DNA from: Squalus acanthias
Lineage: Eukaryota
NCBI GenBank assembly: GCA_030390025.1
Contig: CM059432.1
Location: forward strand, 107,882,001-107,946,000
Length of the DNA: 64,000 nt
Direction: 5' to 3'
The notes under the pieces are model-generated. The model made no database searches. It worked only from the letters and a program-made list of their open reading frames with translations, and was not told where the DNA came from. Positions within the stretch are counted from its first letter, which is position 1; every line of letters begins with the position of its first letter. Of the stretch, positions 22,928 through 35,385 are shown piece by piece. The translations under genes were made by a program, and so were the position numbers.

Positions 22928-24770
22928 GGCCCGGATTTTGTGATTAGCGGTGAACGAATGGCGTTCGCTATTCATTACGCTTACAGCTGCCCACAGACTT
23001 TTCGTGGGCTTTTGAACGGCAACTTATGGTCATCGGGAGTCGATACGGTGCCCTCTACAGCGGATCTGGGGCCTGTGTGAACAGGACAAGTAACAGTGTG
23101 TCTCTTCCACCAATCAGATTGAAGAATCCTCACTGAGACACACATTTCGCCTACCAAGACGAGGCTGGGGTCTGTAGCGAGGTTCCGGCCCGCTGCCTGC
23201 TCCATCCTGCTCTCTACAAGTTATTGGGCTTGTTGAAAGGAAGCGGGTCTGATGATGTCATTTGATGACACGTCATCAGCCAGTTTCCTTAAAGGGACCA
23301 TGGCCACATTTGTCTTGATATTTGTGCTGTCAGTGTTCTACAACATTGAGGTGCTGCAAACACTGACAAGCACTGCACAGAAGTGCACGGCTGCACCCAG
23401 GCTCTCCCATGGCTCCCTCCATATGCTTATGGAGGGAGTCACAGCACGCAGGAAGGTTCTCTTCCCTTCTAATGGGTGGAAGAGACCTCCCCAGGAGATC
23501 AACTCCGCCTGGTTGCACATTGCACAGGAGGACACAAGCAGGGATGTCATCAGGAGGACCAGGCTGCAGTGGCACAAACCTTTCAATGATCTCAGTGGAT
23601 CACGAAATGTTACAGCAAATCCACACCCAACCTCATCCTGCTGTGCCACTCATCACATCCCCATCACTCCTGCACATCTTTACTCACACCAACTTACCTT
23701 GCACCTCCACCCATCCCTCTCTATCTACATTATCACATCCCCATCTCACTAGCCACCCCTCACACTCACCCTCATCCTAGTGCAATCATACCAACTAACA
23801 ACACACAAGGGTAGGTACTTGGGTGTTTTATCCAATGTTCATGTAAAGTTTCTGTTAATGTGCTGTCAAACATTGAAACCTTGAAATGATTGACAGCAAC
23901 TCCCGACCCGTATTCAATCATTTCAACTTTGACAGCTGACGCTCCTCCAATCCCACCCTCTCAGTGGTGGGAAAATTCCGGCCACAGAGTCTAAACCAGG
24001 AAGTGTAAGTTAGAGTATTCAACGTAAAATCATGTACCGAAAGCTAAATAAAGAGAGGGAAAGAAAAATGGGATTAAGAGAGAGATAAAAGAGACAAAGA
24101 AAAAGAAATAAAAACAATTTAATTTTAATTTTTTTTAAATCTCCAACAATAATTAAAATCTGAAGGGATGAGCCTCCACACTTGTAAAAGTTAATTTTCA
24201 GTGCCAGAGAGATTGTTTGGCTGTAATTATGAGTTATCATGCCGTTAAAAGTATCATTTACACCTGAATGCACCTACCCAAACTTTTTCTGGCATGTTTA
24301 GTGGGTATCTAATGGATAAGTACCGCAAATACACGCCATTACGTGGATTTCAATGCCAAGTCTATCGGCAAGGTACCGTTATAGTGTAGCTTGTGGAGGA
24401 GCAGGGTAAATCCGACAGCAACTTCCGGATTTCTGTGTTTTACTGCGCATATGCGGACACCAGAAGTTGCTGTCTGATTTACTCCGTAATGAGAAGTCGC
24501 ACAACACCAGGTTATAGTCCAACAGATTTATTTAAAATTACAAGCTTTCGGAGCTATCGCCCCTTCGTTACAGTTGTAACTTTACCTGAGGAAGGGGCGA
24601 TAGCTCTGAAAGCTTGTAATTTTAAATAAATCTGTTGGACTATAACCTGGTGTTGTGCGACTTCTCATTTTTGTCCACCCCAGTCCAACGCCGGCATCTC
24701 CGCATCATTACTCCATAATAACAGTGAACGCTGAGAGCCCCACCGTTATTCTTAGCCCAAAATCCGGGCC
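22928..24770. mobile_element. Composite non-autonomous PIF/Harbinger-type element containing a Myb/SANT-like relic
   Basis: TIRs GGCCCGGATTTTG / CAAAATCCGGGCC with flanks aat/act. ORF 23252-23752 includes AAPRLS...VTARRKVLFP...SAWLHIAQE...RRTRLQWHKPFNDL, resembling the Harbinger Myb-like DNA-binding domain. Confidence 0.7.
24491..24707. mobile_element. Penelope-like element remnant with hammerhead core, nested in the Harbinger-type element
   Basis: Same arms as 19763-19991, opposite orientation. TSD ttactccgtaat / ttactccataat (1 mismatch). Confidence 0.85.
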
Positions 24771-24902
24771 ACTGTGAATCAGCAGGAATCCCAGAACAGA
24801 CGTGTGATATGAAAAGGTCCTACTTTGCTGAAGCATACTGAGTATGATATAGCATTTACACTGTTTCTTCAGGGTTTCTTCGAATCTTCTGTGGAAGTTA
24901 CG

Positions 24903-25367
24903 GATGATGGCGGGACTGTCGTATGAGAAGAGATTGAGTAAACTAGGCCTGCATTCTCTTGAATTCAGAAGAATGAAAGGGGATCTCATTGAAGCATACA
25001 AAATTATTCCAGGGCTTGATAGGGTGGATGCTGGGAGAATGTTTCCCTTGGCTGGGGAGTCTAGGACCAGGGGCTACAGCCTCAGGATAATGGGTAGGCC
25101 ATTCAGGACTGAGATGAGAAGAACTTTCTTCACACAGAGGGTGATGAATCTTTGGAATTCTCTACCCCAGAGGGTTGTGGAGGCTCAATCATTGGGTATA
25201 TTCAAAACAGAAGTCGATAGATTTCTGACTAGTAAGGGCATCAAGGGATATGGCGATAGGGCCGGTGAATGGAGTTGAGGCAGAAGATCAGCCATGGTCT
25301 CATTGAATGGCGGAGCAGGCTCGAAGGGCCGAATGGCCTACTCCTGCTCCTATTTCTTATGTTCTTA
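24903..25367 (+). mobile_element. CR1 3' end
   Basis: ORF 24904-25278 has LEFRRMKGDLIE...WNSLPQ; 3'UTR ends ttcttatgttctta. Confidence 0.85.
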
Positions 25368-26192
25368 CAATTTGCCTACCGTCTTCCTTTGTGAAAACTG
25401 ATATGAAGAATCCATTTAATATATCTGCCATCTCCTGATATTCAGTAATGGTTTTACCCAATTTATCCTTTCATGGCCCAACTGCTTGCCTTCTACAGTC
25501 TACTATTAATTTAACTGTTAATCTGAATTGAAATTGTGCAAAAATGCTTTATTTAAATTGCTTAATTCGAACTACTGGGCAACTCAGTTTTTTGAGCAAG
25601 AAATACATTGCAACAGTGACTACACTTCAAAAAGTACTTTATTGGCTGTAAAATGCTTTGGGACATCCAGTGGTCATGAAAGGCGCTATATAAATGCAAG
25701 TCTTTCTTTCTTTTATAGAGGTTTAGAATAAATTCCTTGCTTTTGTACTCTATTCCTTTATTAATAAAGCCAAAGAGCCCATATACCTTTTTAGCAGCCT
25801 TCTCAAATTGTCCTGCCACCTTCAAAGATTTGTGTACATACACCCCCAGGTCTCTCTGTTCCTGCAACCCCTTTAAAATTGTACCATTTAGTCTACCAGG
25901 GCAGTCCTGTTTGTGGATCTTGGGAAGGAGGTCAAAGCGCCGGGTCAAAGTGGTCTAGGTAGCACACAAAATTCGTGCTGAGTATTCATTTACATGATTA
26001 TAGTGTTGATCTCAGCGCTAAACCCGCTGCTCATTGGTTTACAGGTGGGTCAATATCGGGTGTAGTCTAATTGCAAGTCATGTTTGGCCTAGACTTTCTC
26101 CACTACTTAAAAGGGAGGTGCATTGATGCAGCAGCACCACATTGTCATTCAATTTGGAGCTCTATTTGGAAGCAGACCTGATTTAGCAAGAG

Positions 26193-28110
26193 ATGGCTGA
26201 GCGGCAGCAGAGAGAGAGAGAGAGAGCTACACGCTTCTCAGATGCGGCTCTGGAGGCACTGGTGGTGGCTGTGGAGAGGAGGGGGCTGCCTTCTTCCCGC
26301 AACCCGGTAGGAAGCCATCGGCCCATATGTCTAGAAGGCTCTGGCAGGGGATATCTGCATACATCATGGCCAACAGCGTGGTCCCCAGGTCCTGTATACA
26401 TTGCCACAAGAGGTTTAATGACCTCACACAGTAGATCAAGGTGAGTGAAGGCTTCAGCAAATGCCATATACCATCTGCACCACAAGCTTCGCACACTGCT
26501 CAATGCACCACACCCCCATCACTCACCTACCAACAATCTCGAGCAATCATCACTCATACCTCACAATCAAAGCTTCACCCTCACAACCTTACTGCTGCAA
26601 CACTCACGCCCACATCTCACACCTTGCATACATTGACAACTATTAGGCTACGGCATGCACATCACCCAAACACATTGGATCACACTCACTGACACACTTC
26701 CTTTTCCCTTGCAGGCTAAGGTCATGCACAATCGTCGGGAACAGCGGCAGACAGGTGGGGGGCAAGCAGCGATACAGGCCTTGAGCCAACTGGAGGAGAG
26801 AGTGCTGGACATCATTGGGCGAGAAGTCACCGAGGCCATGGCAACGGGTGAAGTTGAAGCCCTTGGGGACAACAATTGTACGCTCCTTCCTAATCCTTCT
26901 TCTCACATCCCACTTCCCCCTCATCCCATAATCTCTTCTTACTTACAAGCTGCTGATGCTGCACGGATATCTTGCTCTCCACCCCCACCCCCCCGCTCCC
27001 TCACCATAACCCGACTCTTGTGCCTTTCTGATTTCAGATAACCAAGAACAAGCAGCCGCAGAGCCTCTCCACGAGGCGATGGAGGAAAGTGAGGGAGAAG
27101 AAGACTCTGCATCTGACACTCACAGACACCAGCTCAGAAACTGGCACTGCGTGTAATTTAGAGGGTAGTGTAGATGCGGGATCTGCTCAGGGTGAGGCAC
27201 TGGGCACGAGTAGGCTGCAGCAAGGCCAGGGGGATAGGGTAGCTTGGGGGCCAGCTCCACGGACGGCGAGTTTGTGCGCGAGTTCTGCTGCACAGGACTC
27301 AGATGAGGACCTTGATGGGGCGGCCTTCAGAACAAGGGGCATGCACACCGAATTGCTAGGTGCAATCGCAAGCCTGCCAGAGAGCCTCTTGGCAATGTCA
27401 AGGAGCATGGAGGAGTCTGCCTCGAACATTGGCCGGGGCTTTGCGCAGAACTTGGAGCCCATGATTTCCAGGCTGGAAGTGATGGACAACTCCAGGAGAG
27501 ACTGTGTCAATCCAGACATGATGCTGTGTGAGATGGGCGATGTCACAGCTGCCATTGCAGCACAGGCAGAAGCGACCCACCATCTTAATGTTGCAGTGGA
27601 AGCGCAGACCGCTGTCCTGCAGTCTCAGCTTGTTGCCATGCAAAATCAGACTGCTGCCAACGTGGCTGGGTTTACCAGTGTAGAACGGGGCTTGTAGGGT
27701 ATCACAGCAGGCTAGCAATCTGTCCTCCAATAGATTGCTAGGAATGCTGAGGCACCACCCCGGGGGAGTGGCAATGGGTCTGTGGAGCAGGAACCTGCTG
27801 TCCTCTCACAGGATGACCGCATTCCTCTTCCCACCACTGCCACTCCACCATTGCCCTTGCCTCTGCCTGTCAGCCAGCCAGCCCAGACTGCTGTCGCCCA
27901 TGCTGAGGTGGTGCAGTCTACAGCGGGCCTTCTAGGTTCAGAGCTGCTCAAGGTCGTCCTGCAAGGCCAGCTGAAGTCTCCCCCACGGAAACTCAGCAGC
28001 CTTCCATCAGCCATGCTGCAGCCATTGGGGGATTACTGCGTAGGAGCACCAGAGCAGGAAAGGCCACATGAACGAGAGGCACTAAGGGATTGCACAAGGG
28101 TGATTAGTTG
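26193..28110 (+). pseudogene. Harbinger Myb/SANT-like DNA-binding protein gene, 3 exons, disrupted
   Basis: MAERQQRERERATRFSDAALEALVVAVERR...CHKRFNDL. Donor caag|gtgagt at 26441, acceptors at 26714 and 27037. Exon 2 reads AKVMHNRREQRQTGGG. Frameshifts and stops present. Confidence 0.75.
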
Positions 28111-28269
28111 ATATAGTATTTGTGAATTGATTGTTGATAAATTTATTAATTTTGTTTGGAATCTTTGTTTTGTGGTGGCTCTCATTTCAGCTTTGTGCGC
28201 AGGAGGATGCTGTGATATTCCGTGACAGAGGGATGGTATGATGGGCATGTGATAAGCAACGGGAATCTG

Positions 28270-29400
28270 GGGTTTAATTCAATGGAATTGAACTCTGATG
28301 AGGTGTTCACGGACAGCCCTGCCAAAGGGGGATTTGCTGGCTGCCTCCTCCCTTCCACCTCTTCCTCTCCCTCGTCCTGAGGCGGTCCCACAATCCCTGC
28401 TGGCAAGTGCTGCGCCCTCATGATGGCCAAGTTGTGAAGCATGCAGCAGACCACCATGAAATGGGACACCCGCTCCGCCAAGTACTGGAGGGCGCCTCCC
28501 AAGTGGTCAAGGCAGTGAAACCGTTGTATCAGCCCCCCGATTGTCTGCTCGATGATGTTCCAGGTGGCAGCATGGCTGTCATTATATGAGTGCTGGGCAC
28601 AAGTATTGGGGTTGGGGTTGCAGAGGGGAATCATGAGCCAGGTGCAGAGCGGATAACCCTTATCTCTGAGCAGCCATGCTCGGGTTTGACATGGTGGCTG
28701 AAAGATGGCTGGCACAGTGGACTGACACAGGATGAAGGCATCATGACTGCTACCAGGATAGCATTGACCATCAGGATGCACTGGGCGTGGTCTCACAACA
28801 ACTGCACATTAAGTGAGTGGTAGCAGTTATGGAAGATCTTAGGATTGTTATGCGGCGCCCGCAAAGCCATGTGGGTGCTGTTGATGGTGCCCTGCACCAT
28901 GGGGAAGCCCGATATCCTGGCAAAGCCACATGCATGCCCATTCTGCTTCTCTCTGCTCAGAGAGAAGAAAATGTAGTCTCTTCTCCTGGAGTACAGAGCC
29001 TCTGTGACCTCCCGGATGCAGCGATGGACGTCAACCTGGGAGATGTTAGCTATGTCTCCTGCTGCAGACTGGAAGGATCTGCTAGCGAAGAAATTGAGGG
29101 CCACGGTGACCTTGACTGCCATTGGGAACACTGTGCTCGCCCTGTTATCAGACTGCAGGTCTGGTTGCAGCGGGTGGCAGAGTTCTGTGACCACCTCCTT
29201 GCTGAAGCGGAGCCTCCTAATACACTGCTCCTTGCTTAAGTGGATATAAGAGAAGTGCCCTCTGAAGACATTAGGTGGGTAAGGCCTCCTGTTGAGAGCC
29301 CTCCTGCCCCTCCTCCTACTCCCTCTGCAAGTATCTTCTCTTCTTCACTGCCTCCGCTCCCTCTCCCGAAGATACTCGAGCACGAGCGGGACTGCCACTA
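28270..29400 (-). pseudogene. Harbinger DDE transposase (HARBI1-like), disrupted
   Basis: VKVTVALNFFAS.SFQ...GFPMVQGTINSTHMAL...YHSLNVQL, and YPGSSHDAFIL...WLLRDKGYPL...IIEQTIG...CCMLHNLA, split over frames. Confidence 0.85.
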
Positions 29401-30164
29401 CAGCCCCCAGACTGTGAGCAAGTGTTGTGAGCAGAAGCCTTTAAATAAGAATGAAGGCGTTCTCCACTTGCCCCAACACTCCCTGTTACTTGAAAGCAGT
29501 TTATAAAGCTGCTGGAGTTGCAGAAAGTTGCACAGAGCCAGTCAAACTGAAGAAACATGTCAGCTGCAAGTTATTGCTGATGATCCCTTTAAATAACACT
29601 GCTGGAGGCTCCTTCCTGCTTGTCAACGCTTGCTCAGCTGGTCACAATTAACACAGGACGGTAAGTTGAGCGGCGCACTTCAAAATGGCAGATCGGGCGT
29701 CAAGTGAGCGTTGCACACTCACTGACATCACGATCTGCATAATCTCTGTAATGATAGCGAGTGCAGACATCAGCAGCGCTGTCGCCCAGCCAAAAATGGT
29801 GACTACTGTGGGACCCACCAGTAGCGGCCGGAAGTGCAGTGGCTGCCATTTTTTTCCCAAATCGGGCCTTAACGGTCAGTGGTAAGACTGTGAATTTCTA
29901 GGCCTAGGGGTTTTAATTTTGCTAACAAGTCTATTATGTGGTACTTTGTCAAATGTCTTTTGAATGTCCATATACACATCAACCGCACTACCTTCATCAA
30001 CCCTTTCTGTTACTTCATCAAAGAATTGTTACTTCATCAAAGTTCTGTCCTAAAATGGCTATGTGTGCTGTATGACCTTATTTTGTATATTAAAAGAGGT
30101 CTACTGCCTGAAACAGGCAGTCACTTCGGCCACCCAGCGGTAGCCCCTATAAGTCACGAATCAT

Positions 30165-30948
30165 AGAAAGTTAACATGCAGGTACAGAAAGCAATTAGGA
30201 AAGCAAAGGGATTGGTGTACATAAGAACATAAGAAATAGGAGCATGAGTCGGCCATTTGGCCCTTCGAGCCGCCATTCAATAAGATCATGGCTAATCTTC
30301 TACCTCATCTCCACTTTCCTGCACTATCCCCATATCCCTTGATTCCCTTAATATTCAAAAATCTATCAAGTATAAGAGTAAAGAATTCTTATTACAATTA
30401 TATAGGGCCCTGGTGTACAGTTTTGGTCTCCTTACCTAAGGAAGGATATACGTGCCTTAGAGGGAGTGCAACAAAGGTTCACCAGACTGATTCCTGGGAT
30501 GAGGGGATTGTCCTATGAGGAGTGATTGAGTAGACTACGCCTATATTCCCTAGAATTTAGAAGAATGAGAGGTGATCTCATTGAAACATATAACATTCTT
30601 AAAGGGCTTGACAGGGTAGATGCAGGGAGGATGTTTCCCCTGGCTGGGGAGTCTAGAACCAGGGGTCACAGTCTCAGAATAAGGGGTCGGCCATTTAGGA
30701 CTGAGATACGGAGAAATTTCTTCACTCAGAGGGTGGTGAATTTTTGGAATTCCCTACCCCAGAGGGCTGTGGAGGCTCAGTCGTTGAGTATATTCAAGAC
30801 AGAGATCGATAGATTTTTGGATACTAAAGGAATCAAGGGATATGGGGATAGTGCAGGAAGGTGGATTTATTCAGCCATGGTTTTATTGAATGGTGGAGCA
30901 GGCTCGACCGGTCGAAGGGCCTACTCCTGCTCTTATTTCTTATGTTCT
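30165..30948 (+). mobile_element. CR1 3' fragment with an antisense CR1 tail nested at ~30220-30368
   Basis: ORF 30526-30993 is an RT C-terminus; nested acataagaacataagaaataggag... is a reverse CR1 3' end. Confidence 0.8.
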
Positions 30949-31129
30949 AAAAGTGGTCGTGGGAGTCTACCGACCCCATTACCATGCCCTTAACACCTCG
31001 TTAAAATCGACCGCAAGCTGCCATATTTGGACCTGTGCAGAGGATTGACATGCTAGGTTATCCTGTGGTTTAAACATAGCAGAAAAATGGCACATCTGGG
31101 TTTTGCGAATAGTAAAAAAGAACACCAAA

Positions 31130-31274
31130 GGGTAGATTTACGTCTTCACCAACTGGGCATTCAGCATCATTTAGGCGAGATTGCAGAAAGGAAAAATCTA
31201 GTGTGGGAGGATTGCACAGAAGCTCCGCCCAGTCGATGCTTAACGTTTAGATGGTGAAGATGAAAATTTTACCC
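31130..31274. mobile_element. Small MITE-like inverted-repeat element
   Basis: gggtagatttacgtcttcacca ... tggtgaagatgaaaattttaccc, imperfect TIRs. Confidence 0.55.
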
Positions 31275-31339
31275 CACAGTTACTTGTAAACTTGGCCCTG
31301 GGGTGTTCAGACTCTTAAATAACAGGACACAGGGGGCAG

Positions 31340-32376
31340 CACTGTTTTACTTTTTCTTTATTCGGGCACGAGCAGTGAAATGAATAACAATGATCACAGA
31401 ACCACACATCGATACAGTACTCAGGTTACAACGCCTATCCTTAATGTTGAATTTATTTTGGTGCATGTTCCACTTAATCGGAATAAAACGTGCCAAACTG
31501 TTGCTGCAAGGATAAATAGAGGCCATGATTTTAGATAACTGATATACCGTTTTATTTCACCTGTTAAAGGACCTGCAAATTCCTGTGTTGATTATATAGA
31601 ACAGGGTGGAAAAGCATCATCCGGCCAGTAGGTGGAGGAGTCTTGTCCTTTGAGCATCATTCTGGATTTTATAATCTTTAATGCATGATACATTACAAAC
31701 ACGGTTTCTCAGATTCGTTTTGGCAATAAAGCAACAGGACTTGTTCAAAAACAGAGCCATCAGGAACTGCTGGAGCCAGGAGCAGCAACACACATGGTGA
31801 GGAGATACATAATCAAAGCAGGGTCACTTACACTGCATCACTGAAAAGACAACTCTTCAGCCACATGGGTGTATGAGTGAAAACAATTTGCACCAAACAT
31901 ATTAAAGATTAATAAGTATACATAGATTATTTGACTACTTGATAAACTACTGAACTGTGATGCATTGCGACAAATTTACATAGTGCATGGTGCAAGACAT
32001 AAATTTGTCATGTGGAGGATTACACTAGCATTATATTGATAGTGAGGGGTTCATTCAAGAATCACCATTAACTCTAGGAGAACACAATTAAACATGGTGT
32101 TGCACTTTGATAAACAAATACATATTAATTTCCATAGTTGGTTCAAAATAGTTATATTGAAGTCAATACCATGCTTCCTGTGTCTTCAGCTAATATACAC
32201 CTCCTCTCTTCATTGTGTTCATTAGATGCTTTTAACCTTGCTGATTAGCTTTTCAACTCCGATATTACCCTTTGAAGATTCCAAGGACACAACCGCGCTG
32301 TGGGAGACCATGTAGTTTGGAGAGCAGAGTCCTGCTTTTTCTGATAACTTCCACACAGACCGACAGCGGCTGAAGT
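31340..32376 (-). other. AMPH: Probable AMPH 3'UTR
   Basis: TE-free AT-rich stretch after the stop. AATAAA on minus at 31551-31556, 31452-31457 and 31357-31362. Confidence 0.55.
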
Positions 32377-32484
32377 CTATTCCAGTTGCTGAGTGAAATT
32401 CTTGGGGAACAATCCTTTGGCGGTGTTGGCAGCACCATATTGTAACCAGTCTGACTCCCTTATACCTGTGAGCCACCCAGCATC
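32377..32484 (-). CDS. AMPH: Amphiphysin last coding exon (SH3 C-terminal half)
   Basis: cccttgcag|GAT...GAA TAG; DAGWLTGIRESDWLQYGAANTAKGLFPKNFTQQLE*. Closely resembles human AMPH DAGWLVGVKESDWLQY...KGLFPENF as recalled. Confidence 0.93.
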   Translation of the reverse strand, partial: DAGWLTGIRESDWLQYGAANTAKGLFPKNFTQQLE

Positions 32485-32529
32485 CTGCAAGGGTAAAGAA
32501 CACGTTCAAAGCAGTCATCATCAGTTGAA

Positions 32530-33092
32530 TAGTGAAGAAGTGATGCTTCAGTTATACACAGCCTTGGTCAGACTGTGTCTGGAGCAAAGCGTTTGGTTTT
32601 GGACACTGAACCTCAGGAAAGATACACTCGCCTTGGAGTGGGTACAGTGCAGATGCACCAGAATTATACCAGTGCTTAAAAGGTTAAGTTAGAGGACAAG
32701 TTGCATAAACTTGGCTTGTATTACCTTGAGTTTAGAAGGTTAAGGGGTCATCTAGTCAAGGTGTTTAAAATGATAATTGGATTCGATGGGGTAGATACAG
32801 AGAAACTATTTTTTCTGTTGGGGGAATCCATAACAAGGAGGCATAATCTTAAAATTAGAGCTAGGCCATTCAGGAGTGAAATCAGGAAGCATTTTTACAA
32901 TCTGGAACTCTCCAAAAGGCTGGGAATGCTGGGTCAATTGAAATTTTCAAGACTGAGATCAATCAATATTTGTTAGATAAGGAAATCAAGGGTATGGAGA
33001 AAAGGCAGGTAAATGATGTTGAGATACAGATCAGCCATAATCTGAATGGCGGAACAGGCTCGAGGGGCTGAATGGCCTACTCCTGTTCCTAT
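32530..33092 (+). mobile_element. Decayed CR1 3' end
   Basis: EVMLQLYTALVR...LEFRRLRG.L motifs; CR1 3'UTR. Confidence 0.8.
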
Positions 33093-33404
33093 GGGTGCAA
33101 GGTGGGTTGCCCTATTTGGTACTTCAGAGCACTCTTCCCAGAGGTCAGCAGTGTATCCATCCTGGCAGCAGATGGTGACCAGACTGAATGTTGTGTCCAC
33201 CACCAGCAGAACCTGGATGCAGAAGAAGACAACACACTGTAACGAATCTGGCAAGGCTAGTGGGTAAATGGCATAAGGTTCCATGGCACAGTGAGTCCTG
33301 CCAACCTGTTTCACACTGCTCATCCATGTCAAACCTTCACACAACCTTAAAGCACTTTTATTGCATACAACAGAATGCCTTGTCACACTCATGTGAACCC
33401 AGAT

Positions 33405-33800
33405 ACCTACCCCTTTAATAATAGTCACTCACATTAATTGGGAGAACAGACACACACCCCTTTAATAATAATCATTCATGCTTACTCAATCACACACCCC
33501 TTTATTAATACTCACTCACACTCACTAAAACACACACCCCTTTATTAATACTCACTCACTCAAACACACACCCCTTTATTAATACTCACTCACTCAAACA
33601 CACACCCCTTTTTTAATACTCACACTCACTCAAACACACACCCCTTTATTAATACACTCACTCAAACACATACCCCTTTATTAATACTCACTCAGACACA
33701 CACCCCTTTAATAATAGTCACTCAGACACACACCCCTTTAATAATAGTCACACACACACACTCCTTTAATAATAGTCACTCACACTCACACACCCACTTT
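33405..33800. repeat. Minisatellite, ~28-36-bp unit CTCACTCAAACACACACCCCTTTATTAATA, ~11-12 copies
   Basis: Directly visible tandem units. Confidence 0.9.
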
Positions 33801-34059
33801 AACTGAATGCTCAAGGCCATGAAGTGAGTTTGGAAGTGTGCTCTTTTTACACCGACGGTTCAACAATGATATATCATTTCTGGAGCAAACCATATGTAAT
33901 GTAGAGGAGAAAAACTCTGCTTTCATTTGCATGCTTTGTTCATCCTTAATCAGGAATGGCCACTCTTCATATTGTAACTATTTTATTCTCTTTAATTTCA
34001 CTGCTGCTTTATCTTTTAAAGTTTTAACCGCCTAATTTACAGTTATGATTCTCTATAAT

Positions 34060-34755
34060 GTCAGCCTTGGCTCTGGGGTAGCATGCTTGTCACGAGTCAG
34101 TAAAGTGTGGGTTCAAGCCCCACTTCAGAGCATAAAATCTAGGCTGACACTCCAGTGCAGTACTAAGGAAGTGCTGCAGTGTTGGAGGTGCCGTCTTTCT
34201 GATGAGACTTTTAACCCTTCTGTCCTCACGGGTAGATGTGAAAGATCCCATGGCATTCTTCAAAGAAGAGCAGGGTTGCACCCCTGTGCAACCCCCCCCC
34301 CCGGTCCTGGCCAATATTTATCCCTCAACTAATATCACTAAAACAGATTATCTGGTGATTTATCTCATTCCTGTTTGTGGGACCTTGATGGGTGCAAAAA
34401 TGATGGGTGCCACGTTTCACAACAGTGACTAGCAATTTAGTACTAAAAGGGACAATTCTGCACTCTTCTGCTTTCAGTAGGGGGCAGAAGATCTGGACTG
34501 AAGAGAGAGAAAGAAGAGCAGGGGAGTTATCCCTGGTGTCCTGGCCAATACTTATCCCTCAACCAACATAACAAAAACAGATTATCTGGTCATTATCATA
34601 TTGCTGTTTGTGGGCACTTGCTGTGCGCAAATTGGCTGCCGCGTTTCCCACATTACAACAGTGGGAAACGCGGCAGCCACTTCAAAAAGTACTTCATTGT
34701 AAAGCGCTTTGAGACGTCCGGTGGTCGTGAAAGGTGCTATATAAATTTTTCTTTT
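34060..34755 (+). mobile_element. Two tandem Deu-domain SINE copies (34060-34435; 34505-34755)
   Basis: A/B boxes, Deu body and L2-like tail. Confidence 0.75.
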
Positions 34756-34824
34756 TGACTGTGCATGACAGTAAATACATGGAGGAAAATCATAGGCGCA
34801 CATTCTGTGACTTCCCGCCATATG

Positions 34825-35385
34825 CTGAAGTACTGTGCACAGTTTTGGTCTCCTTATCTGAGAAAGGACATACATGCCTTAGAGGCGGTGCAACGAAGGT
34901 TCACTAGATTGATCCCTGGGATGAGAGGGTTGTCCTATGAGGAGAGATTGAGTAGATTGGGCCTATACACTCTGGAGTTTAGAAGAATGAGAGGTGATCT
35001 CATTGAAACATATAAGATTCTGAGGGGGATTGACAGGGTAGATGCTGAGAGGTCGTTTCCACTGGCTGGAGAGTCTCGAACTAGGGGGCATAGTCTCAGG
35101 ATAAGGGGTCGGCCATTTAAGACTGCGATGAGGAGGAATTTCTTCACTCAGAGGGTTGTGAATCTTTGGAATTCTCTACCCCAAAGGGCTGTGGATGCTG
35201 AATCATTGAGTATATTCAAAGCTGAGATAGGTAGATTTTTGGACTCTAGGGGAATCAAAGGGAAATGGGGATCGGGCGGGAAAGTGAAGTTGAGATTGAA
35301 GATCAACCATGATCTTATTGAATGGTGGAGCCGATTCGAGAGGCCGTATGGCCTACTCCTGCTTCTAATTCTTATGTTCTTATGC
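34825..35385 (+). mobile_element. CR1 3' end
   Basis: ORF 34765-35463 is an RT C-terminus; ttcttatgttcttatg tail. Confidence 0.88.

Larger units (their letters stand above)
25950..29905. mobile_element. Decayed autonomous-type PIF/Harbinger transposon with convergent Myb-like and nuclease genes
   Basis: Two convergent pseudogenes (listed separately). Right end gaatttctaggcc is TIR-like; left end not resolved. Confidence 0.8.

Noticed and set aside
28270..29400. Domesticated HARBI1 gene
   Set aside because: Frameshifts, a mutated catalytic motif (INSTH instead of IDxTH) and pairing with a decayed Myb-like gene indicate a dead transposon.
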